Part shown: positions 38,126-47,078 of the stretch, piece by piece | Position numbering within the stretch: position 1 is the stretch's first letter | Layout of the letters: each line of letters starts with the position of its first letter | DNA from: Macrostomum lignano | Lineage: Eukaryota | Assembly: GCA_002269645.1 (NCBI GenBank) | Contig: NIVC01001847.1 | Coordinates: 1-64,000 of the forward strand | DNA length: 64,000 nt | Direction: 5' to 3' | The notes under the pieces: generated by a model | Database searches by the model: none | What the model was told of the DNA's origin: nothing | Seen by the model: only the letters and a program-made list of their open reading frames with translations | Made by a program: the position numbers and the translations under genes

Positions 38126-41100
38126 TCACTTTCGGTAGTGTGAGTAACGCCTCCGGGGAACAAAGCCTGTTGCGACTGAGTTCTCTCGGGGTCTCAAATT
38201 ATATTGATGTCTTTGTTCGGCTCTTTCATTCTCACCTATCTCTAATGCGTCATCTTCCTCAGCTAACTCAGTTCTTTCACTGTCTGTTGACTCATCTTCT
38301 ATCTCATTCTGCTCAATTTCCTCTTGCTTAACTTCTTCCTCAATTGGCTCGATCTCTCTTGCTCTCCACTGAATTCTTTCGTCTTCCGAACTGTCAGTTT
38401 CTATTATTGGCTCTAAATGATTTTTCTTACTAATCTGTTGCCTTCCCTTATTTTTCGGCTCTCTCTTTTTCTGTTGTTCTCTCTGCCTTCCCCTATTTGT
38501 AGGTTCCGTCTCTTTATTTGGTTCATTCGGCAAATCTATTTGCGAGTTGGGTACTGGAGTGAGGTTGTTTCGATGTACGAGCATCTTCTCGCCAATCCTT
38601 ACTCCGTCTATTTCTCGCTGTACTCGAAATACTGTTTCGGAAAGTCTCGCAAGGACTCTGAATGCTGCTCTTTTCTTGCGGTGAAATTTATGGCTTTCTT
38701 CACTGTGTAACTGCGGATTGTTAATCAATGCGAGGCATCCAACCGGTACATGCTTCGGTGGCTTGTTCTCAGCATTTTCCTCCTTTCTACGGTCCTTTAC
38801 CTTCTCTAGCTTCTTTTGCACGAGTTTCTGTGCTTCTTCGAGCCTTTCAGCATGGTTTAGCACATAGCTCGGATAATCGTGATACTGCTTTGGCCTTCGA
38901 ATAATACTGTCTATCCTAAGATCTGCCTCCCTACCAAATAGCAGGTAGTGCGGCGTGAATCCGGTGGTCTGGTTCACACTAGTGCGCACAGCTACCAGAG
39001 CTGCGGGAATTAGCAAATCCCAGTCGGAATGATCTTTCTCTACTAGACAAGTTACTATTGACTTTATTTGTTTATTGAATCTTTCGACTAGTCCGTTACT
39101 TTGTGCGTGATACGGTGTGGTGCATGTATGCTTGATGCCATACATCCTACAAAATGCTTGGAACTGACGGCTGACGAATGTCTTGCCATTGTCAGTGTGG
39201 ATCCACTGGCATTGTCCGTATTCGCTAAAGATCCTTTCTTGTATGATCTTAATCACTGTATCCGATTTCTGGTTTCGCACTGGAAACGCAAACGGAAACC
39301 GAGTGGTGCTATCTACTACTGTTAGTACGTAGCGATGACCTCTTCGACTCTCTTTTGAGATCGGTCCAATCAGATCAATATGGATCCTATGAAACGGTTC
39401 GCATATTGGAAAGGACTGCACTGGCGCCTTCACCTTATTTCCTGCCTTACTCTCCAAACAAGGAATACATTCCGAAATATACTTCTCTACTGCAGTTGCT
39501 AGCCCTGGTCGCCAAAATCGATCGCGTACACGCTGAAGTGTTTTATCACGACCTAGGTGACCTGCGAGAGGACTGTCATGCAACTCTCGGAATACCTCTT
39601 TCTCTATATTCTCTGGCAACACGACCTTTCGTGTCCCGTCTTCGTCTATGGTCAATAACTCGTCTTCTAGCTTCATCTGCTTATAGAACTTTAACATCTG
39701 CTTCAACTCTCTAGTCGCATCTTCTGGCAATTTCGGCTCTCGGATACTCTGCTCCTTCCAGGCTATCAGCGTCCTCATAGAAGGGTCGTCACGCTGAGCT
39801 GATGTCAGCTGCTCCTTCTTAAGCGGGACGAAGAGATAGTCGGTTAGGAGTTTCCGACAAGCGGTCTCACTAACGTTTTCTTCCGCATCCTCATACACTT
39901 CTTCATCATCAGCGAAGTAATCGCTGGCGTCCTCATACTCTTCTTCTTCATCTTCGAAATATTCTCTTGCATCTTCGTACTCTTCATCGTCTTCTACTTC
40001 TTCTCTAATTGGATCAGTCTGACAGCTCTGGTGCTTACAGCTTGAGATATTGGTCTGACTTCGGTTTACCGTAACGGTAGGAAGTACTGGACCTATCTCA
40101 GCTTTAGTGCACTTTTCTGCCTTAGTCTCCTGATTATCTTCTAATCTTTCTGCGGGTCGTCTGGATAGTCCGTCTGCATTGGTGTGTTTAGCACCGCTGC
40201 GGTGTTCAATGTCATACTGAAACTCACTTAATCTCTCAATCCATCTACCGAGGATTCCCTGCGCTTCAGTCTGGCGAAGTAGCCATAGGATAGCGCGATG
40301 ATCTGTTCTTGCCAGGAATCTCTTTCCGATGAGATAGAATCGGAAGTGTTTCATTCCGTCAACTAATGCTAGCAATTCTTTTCTCGTGATTGGATACCTC
40401 TTTTCTGATTCTTTCATGGCTCTGCTAAAGTACGCGATGGGTCTTTCGACTCCATCGGATTGTATCTGACCTAAGCAGGCTCCGATTCTATCATCACTCG
40501 CATCAGTGTCAAGCACCATTCGAACTCCTTCGTTGTCTGTGAACTCTGGGTAGGCTAAGACTTCGGTTGATGTCATTTTCTGCTTTAGTAGCGCAAAGGC
40601 CTCATCATGGCTCTTAGTCCACTTCTCTTTAAAATTCTGAATTCCCTTCTTAGTTAGCTGGAAGAGCGGGTGCGCTGCTTCCGCGTAATTCTTCACGAAC
40701 CTACAGTAATAGTTACAGAGACCTAGGAAGCTCCTTAATTCTTTAACGTCCTTAGGCGTCGGCCATGACTGAATTGCTTCTATCTTAGCTGGATCTGTCT
40801 TAATTCCTTCTCTACCAACTATGTGTCCTAGATATTTAAGCTCTTTTTGAAATAGATTACATTTCTTCGGCCTTAATTTTAATCCGGCTGTTACTAGTCT
40901 CTGGAACACTTCTCGTAGGTGATCCAGGTGATCCTCAAATTTCGTTGAGTAAGTTACTATGTCGTCAATGTACGACATGGCGAATTTATGTTGAATCCCC
41001 ATCAATACTAGGTTCATTAGTCTCTGGAATGTTCCAGGTGCATTAGATAGTCCCTGCGCCATGACCTGATACTCGAACTGTCCCCTAGTCAAAGTCGAAA

Positions 41101-42649
41101 ATGCTGTCATGAATTTATCCTCTTCCTTAATTGGTACCTGCCAATAACCTGAATTTAAGTCTAAACTACTGAAATATTGACTTCCCGTTAGATGAGAGAA
41201 AGTTTCCTGAATATTCGGCAACGGATACGGATAATAGTTAACTCGAGAGTTCAAGACTCTGAAATCACTGACAATCCTAATTGTTCCATCTTTCTTAGGC
41301 ACTATTACTAATGGCGTCGAATAAGTGCTATAGCACGGCCTTATTAAATTTTTAGCGAGCATATCGTCTAACTGTTCGTCTACTTGCTTCTGCAGATGTG
41401 GTGGTATTCTGCGAGTAGGTATTCTGACTGGCGTCGTATCCTTCAGCGAGATTTCATGGGTCACTAGATGAGTGAGGCCCATCTCCTGGCTTGTCTGCGA
41501 GAATGCTTCCCTATTCTCTTTCAGCAGCTCGACTACCTTTTCTTTCTGCTCTGATGATAGCTCATCTGAGATGTTAATCTCCTGAATCCATTCATCAGTA
41601 TCAGCAGTTTCAGCGCATTTCGCGGATTTAACTTGTCCGGTGTCATTCTTGGTAACGAAGTACGTTAGTTCTTCGGCTTTTAATGGCTTGGCAATGCCTA
41701 CCATTGCTGATTTCCTAATTACTACGTCGTTGTTCTGCCTATTAATCACTTCTACCACACCAGTTCCATCACTCATCGTTAATAAAGTTGGAACCATATC
41801 CAGTGTGTCATCTTTTACTGAGATATGTCCTTTAGTGGTCTCAATCATCATTGGCGTGCCGAAGTTCATTTCTGCTCGTTTAGCTAGTTTGACTGGTATT
41901 CTTAAAGCACTATTAGCTGGCACAACTACCTTGTCGTGACAGTAGACTCGGCACACTCGTACCGGCAATTTAGTAAACTGCATCGGAATGCAAACTCCGG
42001 TTTTTAAAATCATCATCCCTTTGTCAAAGCTCATACTCTCGCAAAAGTTCATAAAGAAATCCATTCCTAGGATATCATCACACTCATGGTTGCACAGCAG
42101 GAAGTCGGTCACAATTTCTACTTCTCCGAACATTATCTTTATTGTCACTTCTCCTTCGATTCGCACAATTGATCCATCGAATGTGGTCACTCTTTGATCA
42201 GATGGCCTGATCTCTTGTTCTCTACATACTCTTCTCCAAGTACTTTTACTTAGAAAGTTACGACCGGCTCCTGTGTCTAACAGAAAGCGAATATTCTGCT
42301 TGCGGATCTTTCCGTCAATGACTGCTTCTCGGCCTTTCTTCTCTGTGCCGGCATCTAAACTTGTCTCTTCTTCTGCACTTTCATTCAGCTTGACGTACTC
42401 TTCTGGCTTCGGAGTACTTTTCTTGTGTAAGCAATCAGGTGCACGCGTAGTATTTACATTCGGTACTGTATGTGCATTCGCATATTTTTTGTTGGGTTTT
42501 CTAAACTTATTATAATTTTCGCATGATTTGTACTTGTACTGCTTATTAACTTTGTACGCATTATTTACAAATTCAGAGGCCTGAATTTTGCTCTGGATTT
42601 CGCTAGAGGGACGTGGCCTCGTTATTCGGCCCTCGCTTCTCAGTTTCCC
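38126..42649 (-). CDS. pol: Pol polyprotein (protease, RT, RNase H, integrase) in the -1 frame relative to gag
   Basis: Frame open from the slippery site; LLDTGA protease, YIDD RT, DASD RNase H, HHCC (HDSPLAGH...CIPC) and DDE (IDLIG, TDNG, VERFN) integrase. Confidence 0.97.
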   Translation of the reverse strand, partial: GKLRSEGRITRPRPSSEIQSKIQASEFVNNAYKVNKQYKYKSCENYNKFRKPNKKYANAHTVPNVNTTRAPDCLHKKSTPKPEEYVKLNESAEEETSLDAGTEKKGREAVIDGKIRKQNIRFLLDTGAGRNFLSKSTWRRVCREQEIRPSDQRVTTFDGSIVRIEGEVTIKIMFGEVEIVTDFLLCNHECDDILGMDFFMNFCESMSFDKGMMILKTGVCIPMQFTKLPVRVCRVYCHDKVVVPANSALRIPVKLAKRAEMNFGTPMMIETTKGHISVKDDTLDMVPTLLTMSDGTGVVEVINRQNNDVVIRKSAMVGIAKPLKAEELTYFVTKNDTGQVKSAKCAETADTDEWIQEINISDELSSEQKEKVVELLKENREAFSQTSQEMGLTHLVTHEISLKDTTPVRIPTRRIPPHLQKQVDEQLDDMLAKNLIRPCYSTYSTPLVIVPKKDGTIRIVSDFRVLNSRVNYYPYPLPNIQETFSHLTGSQYFSSLDLNSGYWQVPIKEEDKFMTAFSTLTRGQFEYQVMAQGLSNAPGTFQRLMNLVLMGIQHKFAMSYIDDIVTYSTKFEDHLDHLREVFQRLVTAGLKLRPKKCNLFQKELKYLGHIVGREGIKTDPAKIEAIQSWPTPKDVKELRSFLGLCNYYCRFVKNYAEAAHPLFQLTKKGIQNFKEKWTKSHDEAFALLKQKMTSTEVLAYPEFTDNEGVRMVLDTDASDDRIGACLGQIQSDGVERPIAYFSRAMKESEKRYPITRKELLALVDGMKHFRFYLIGKRFLARTDHRAILWLLRQTEAQGILGRWIERLSEFQYDIEHRSGAKHTNADGLSRRPAERLEDNQETKAEKCTKAEIGPVLPTVTVNRSQTNISSCKHQSCQTDPIREEVEDDEEYEDAREYFEDEEEEYEDASDYFADDEEVYEDAEENVSETACRKLLTDYLFVPLKKEQLTSAQRDDPSMRTLIAWKEQSIREPKLPEDATRELKQMLKFYKQMKLEDELLTIDEDGTRKVVLPENIEKEVFRELHDSPLAGHLGRDKTLQRVRDRFWRPGLATAVEKYISECIPCLESKAGNKVKAPVQSFPICEPFHRIHIDLIGPISKESRRGHRYVLTVVDSTTRFPFAFPVRNQKSDTVIKIIQERIFSEYGQCQWIHTDNGKTFVSRQFQAFCRMYGIKHTCTTPYHAQSNGLVERFNKQIKSIVTCLVEKDHSDWDLLIPAALVAVRTSVNQTTGFTPHYLLFGREADLRIDSIIRRPKQYHDYPSYVLNHAERLEEAQKLVQKKLEKVKDRRKEENAENKPPKHVPVGCLALINNPQLHSEESHKFHRKKRAAFRVLARLSETVFRVQREIDGVRIGEKMLVHRNNLTPVPNSQIDLPNEPNKETEPTNRGRQREQQKKREPKNKGRQQISKKNHLEPIIETDSSEDERIQWRAREIEPIEEEVKQEEIEQNEIEDESTDSERTELAEEDDALEIGENERAEQRHQYNLRPRENSVATGFVPRRRYSHYRK

Positions 42650-43665
42650 TGGTTATTCGGGCGGTTCTGCATCTGCGGAGCGTTCTGCTTGGCACTCCTG
42701 CACTGCTTTGCAATGTGGCCGATCTTTCCGCAGTTATAGCAAGTCTGCGGCTGTTGTCTCGGCTGACCCTGGTTCGGGTGCTGCTGCCGTGCGAACATTT
42801 GCTGTCGCGCCTGCGCTCCATTGCCATACTGTGGCGGAACGGGCTGCGGCTGCTGCGGCTGGTATCTTTGTGGATACTGCCTGGCTGCCTGAGCGTACGA
42901 ATAATTCTGCGAAAACTGCTGCTGATTATTCTGCATCTTCTCCTCTCTTAGCTCCTGCAAAGCTCTCTTCTGCTGTTCAATCTCGAACTTCTGCTTCCTA
43001 ATGATCTCTTCCAATCTTTCCTGTTCAGCCTTCCTCTGCTGTTCTTGTTCTTCCTCGCTCTTAGCTACTCTCATGCCTGAATTCCTGCGTGACATGTTCC
43101 AAGCTGCCTCCATCCTTCTCAGCATCCTTCTGGCTTCTTGCAGATTAGCTGGCTGAGCAAAGATCAGTTTCTCACGGGTTTCAGGTGGAACTCTCACACC
43201 CTTGATGAACTGTTCCACGATCTCTTCTTCCCGCTGTTCCACAGTCATGTTTGGGAAGGCTCGCGAAGCTAGCTCAATCAGGCAATCAGTGTACGATTCT
43301 ACTGACTCATTCCTGCCTTGCATTCGGCCTCTAAATTCTTCCCTAAACTCTGCTGAACTGCCAATTCTGCCAAAGCGTTCTACAAGTCTTTCTTTAAATT
43401 CTTCGTACTCCAGATCATCTGGGAGGTTCAAACGCTGAACTGCTGCGAATGCAGTAGCCAGGTCGAGGTTCGCGAGAAGCTCTTGCTTCCGGTTATCCTC
43501 TTCGATACCCTCAGCTTCACAGCGCTGGTCGAAGGCAGTCAACCAGATCCTAATATCTTGACCTGGCGTGAATTTCTGAATTTTCACATGCCTTTGTGGT
43601 CCTAACTCTAACCTGTTTCTTAGCTCTTCAGCTAGCATCGCAATCGCATCATTTGCGTTGGCCAT
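42640..43665 (-). CDS. gag: Gag, 341 aa
   Basis: Retrotransposon gag-like region (QGRNESVESY); CCHC knuckle CYNCGKIGHIAKQC. Confidence 0.96.
   Translation of the reverse strand: MANANDAIAMLAEELRNRLELGPQRHVKIQKFTPGQDIRIWLTAFDQRCEAEGIEEDNRKQELLANLDLATAFAAVQRLNLPDDLEYEEFKERLVERFGRIGSSAEFREEFRGRMQGRNESVESYTDCLIELASRAFPNMTVEQREEEIVEQFIKGVRVPPETREKLIFAQPANLQEARRMLRRMEAAWNMSRRNSGMRVAKSEEEQEQQRKAEQERLEEIIRKQKFEIEQQKRALQELREEKMQNNQQQFSQNYSYAQAARQYPQRYQPQQPQPVPPQYGNGAQARQQMFARQQHPNQGQPRQQPQTCYNCGKIGHIAKQCRSAKQNAPQMQNRPNNQGN
42643..42649 (-). other. -1 ribosomal frameshift slippery heptamer G GGA AAC
   Basis: X XXY YYZ pattern directly before the gag stop; pol frame is -1 and open; GC-rich stem follows. 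Confidence 0.85.
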
Positions 43666-43771
43666 CTCTGATCTTGTCAGGTTCTGCTATTTCTCTAGTC
43701 TTCTAAGGTTTTTGCCGTTTCTCTGATCTAAATCTCGCCGTTTCTCTGATCTAATTCGCGCCGTTTCTCTG

Positions 43772-43790
43772 ATCCTTTACGCTGCCACCA
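43772..43790 (-). other. Primer-binding site, tRNA-Leu-like (TGGTGGCAGCG...)
   Basis: 4 nt inside the 5' LTR end; complementary to ...CGCTGCCA-CCA, a typical tRNA-Leu 3' end. Confidence 0.8.
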
Positions 43791-43794
43791 AAGT

Positions 43795-44531
43795 TGTCCT
43801 AGGGGTTACTTCTGCCTCTATTAATTATCTCACAATGCCACCAAAAGCTGTCGTAGGGCTCTTAATTAATCCTTTGTCTAGCCTTACTTGCTGCCACAAA
43901 GCTATTTCTTCTTAATAATTCTACTGGTTGTTAATTGTAATTCTACTGGTAGCGCATGTACTTCTATTGGTAGCGTATGTACTTCTATTGTACTTTCGGG
44001 CCTGAGCGGTCTATTGGCACTGTCTATTCTATTCCTATGCTTCCCCTAATATTATTCTCTCAGTCCTGGGCGTTCCCTGGATCAGAGGGTCACAGCTTAT
44101 GCTCTTTCTCTGCCCTGAGGCGATCTTTCCCTCGCTCTGAGGCGGTTCTCCTGCCCTGAGGCGAATTTACTATTACTGCCCTGAGGCGGTTTCTCGCTTG
44201 TAGCGGATCTCAATACTACTCCCGATTTGGGGTTTTTACTATAGAAATGAATAAGACACTCTGAACAATTTTCTGATCAAGTTTTTAGCTACTGTTAGAA
44301 CACACGAAAAGCACAAGTTGATTTCTTGGCCCACTCGGGGCTTCTATTTATACTAGAGTCTCTCATCAAGTCAAACAAATAATTGTGAAAAAATATTTTT
44401 GTAAATCACAACATTTAAACAAAAATACTAGTAATTTCTTTTTAGCGCGGATTTGAACTAAAGTTTCTAAGAAAACGAGTTACTATTAGCACTATCGTAC
44501 AGTATCATACTATTATTAATGCACTGTCTCA
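43795..44531 (-). repeat. 5' LTR
   Basis: Starts TGAGACAG and ends GGACA on the minus strand. Confidence 0.97.
44346..44352 (-). promoter_or_regulatory. LTR TATA box (TATAAAT)
   Basis: About 180 nt into the 5' LTR; mirrored at 35988-35994. Confidence 0.6.
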
Positions 44532-44657
44532 TATGTATATACAACAGTTATAGAAAGTTTACTAGCTATGGATGTAGATATAGATAGAGTATGAGAAAAA
44601 TATGGTGAAAATATAGAGAGAAAAATGGTATAATTTATGCTTTTTAACTATTTAATA

Positions 44658-45631
44658 CTTCGGGTGTGTCATAAGTAATGTCACTGATGTGAAAACAGAC
44701 GAACTTGCAATCGCGGATTAATAAAACTGTAGCACTCAACAACATAGAGTCCCCCAATATCAATCACCCTCTGGCAATGCTCATACAGCTTGTCCACCTC
44801 AGCCTGCAGGTGTTTTTCCTCCAACTGCCATAACCAGTGCAACGCGGCCTGTTTGACCTCTTCATGGTTTGCAACTCTTCTTGGAAAAGTCAGCCTTCAG
44901 CCATTTGAACAGGAATCTCTTGCAAAAGTTGAAGTCCGGGCTGTAGGGACTCTGTCAGAGCATCACTCGCCGTACAGGCAGAAAATTCGAAACAGCCTTC
45001 AGGTGTGCAGCCGTGCGGTGTCCATCTGCCACAGAACTTCGTCCCGGTGACATGGATTTGACTGGAGAGTGCGCCAGAGGTCTCCAGTGTGCCGGACAAA
45101 GTCGATAAAATACTGGCCATCGACCTTGGTGTTCGGTGGAGTTGTGCAGATGGAGACTCGTTTGTTTGGCGTGAAGGCTACCAGCAGCATGGTCTTCTTG
45201 TCCAAGATGGACTTCCTAGTCACCATCGGCCTGGAGTCTCCAGCTCCCAGCCAGCAGCGATTGTCTGCCTTGCTGCCCTTGCCATCCAGGTGGAGCCAGC
45301 TTTCATCCTCAGCAACCAGGCAGTTTAGGATGTCATTCAAGCCCCGGCTGCTAAACACCTTGTGGATCTGCTTGGTGCGGGCGTCTTGTTGAGATTCATG
45401 GTGATTTTTGTTCGCTGCATAGACGGTTTTTCATCGCGTTGCACTTGCTAAATCTGCTTGGCGTATTCTTGCGATAGCTTGGGCCATAAACAACCTTTGC
45501 ACGTCTCAAATGCACTGCTATTGCTTCACTAAGTATACTTTGCAGCTACACAGGTACACTACCCACAAGTCCATGTGCCTACATATTTTAGACAGAGGCC
45601 TGCAGTGACATTACTTATGACACACCCGAAG
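44658..45631 (-). mobile_element. Degenerate mariner element, 974 bp, with internally deleted transposase
   Basis: Perfect 29-bp TIRs, TA TSD; remnant motifs AEDESW, WQMDTAR and PYSPDFN; frameshifts and stops. Confidence 0.92.
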
Positions 45632-45830
45632 TATCTATAAGATTGCCCTGCAGTTGGACTAAAAATATGCTCATAACTTGGAGTAGATTTCAATGCCAAA
45701 GATTTATTGCTACAATTGTTATTGTAAATGAAAGCCACCCCCTAGCTCTTTCCTTCCCTTCTTTTCTTTTCTAAATCTCTACACTACAACTGTTGTACTA
45801 TCTTGCTTCTGTCCATGCAAACTGCAGATA

Positions 45831-46358
45831 ATGCCCCGGGTATCTGTCGCCCGCAACTTTTGTCCCAGGCAATTCTGCCGCACCCGAGCGGCAGCGGCGC
45901 AGTACTTGCGTCATATGCGGTCACACGGAATGGGCTGCGACTCGGAGACAGAGGAGGCGGCTGCGACCAACTCAGAAGCTGTGAGAGCGGCGGTCGAGCA
46001 GGTCGCGTCTTGCAATGAGTCAGCGATGCAGCCGTGTGCAGCCGGCAGTTCTGCAGTGATGAAGCGTCACGAGTGCGAGTCAGTCGAGAGGACCCCAGCT
46101 TCAAAGAGTGCTGCAACACGACACCGTCGAGCTCAGGGCATCGAGAGACCATTCCAGTGCGACACTTGCCAGAAGAAGTTCATCAGAAAAAGCTACCTAA
46201 AGGCTCACATTAGTGCAGTGCACATAAAGGCGAAACCGCACAAGTGCAAGGTGTGCGGCAAGAGATTTAGTGACAGCAGCAGCCACATTAGGCACTCCAG
46301 GGTGCACACAGGAGAAAAGCCATTCGAGTGCAAGGTGTTCTGCAAAATATTCAGTTAA
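45831..46358 (+). CDS. C2H2 ZNF paralogue A: atypical finger plus 2 intact fingers; third finger broken by a C>F change and a stop (truncated or pseudogene)
   Basis: CDTCQKKF...HISAVH, TGEKPF linker; cluster homology. Confidence 0.7.
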   Translation: MPRVSVARNFCPRQFCRTRAAAAQYLRHMRSHGMGCDSETEEAAATNSEAVRAAVEQVASCNESAMQPCAAGSSAVMKRHECESVERTPASKSAATRHRRAQGIERPFQCDTCQKKFIRKSYLKAHISAVHIKAKPHKCKVCGKRFSDSSSHIRHSRVHTGEKPFECKVFCKIFS

Positions 46359-47078
46359 CCCAGCGATCTGAAGAGGCACTCCAAGCAGCACATTGTTTAA
46401 TGAATATTCAACTTTGCGCTCCGTGATTGCCACTACGTCTGGGTCCTTACTGTGCGCCAGGCATTTTTAATTCACTAGCAGTAGATCAGCAGCTTTTTTG
46501 GCTGTACGTATTAAGAACTGTCCCAAAAATGTCAATGAAAGCGGATTCAATAGCCAGTTAGTTACAGCATCCAATGACCTGTCAGTCTCAGTATCTCAGT
46601 AACTGATTGGTTTCCAGCATTTTCAGTTTTTCACTTCATTACTTATTGTATTAGTACTCACTCATTTTCAGTACTCATTTGAATTCTTCTAACTTTTTGC
46701 AAAAATTCTCTAATCAGAATGTTTTAATCATGATAAATTGCTCATCAGTGTAAATTTAACCATGCACGTCATGTCGTTTAGCAGCAACATTTTCACTCGG
46801 TTAAATCCATCATCAATTGGTTGTCTTAAATTCAAGTAAAGCATGCATGGGATTTTTATCACTTTCATAAAATACAAAATTCTGCTTTTTATTAGTCAAT
46901 ATAACCCAGCAATTGTCTTTATGTTTTCGATATTGGGGATGTTCATTTCCTTTAGATGTCTTTCCATTCCGGATCACAAAGTGACGAAGTCCCTACCGCT
47001 CCGCATTGCAGCTCCGGCAGAGACTGACTTCGAGCATCGGCATCTCCGCACAGATCGCAGCCCCACAGTTTCTCAGAG

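Larger units (their letters stand above)
35437..44531 (-). mobile_element. Full-length Ty3/Gypsy LTR retrotransposon, 9095 bp (gag, pol, extra ORF3)
   Basis: Two 737-bp TG...CA LTRs, TATG TSD (35433-36 and 44532-35), PBS, PPT, PR-RT-RH-IN domain order. Confidence 0.98.
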
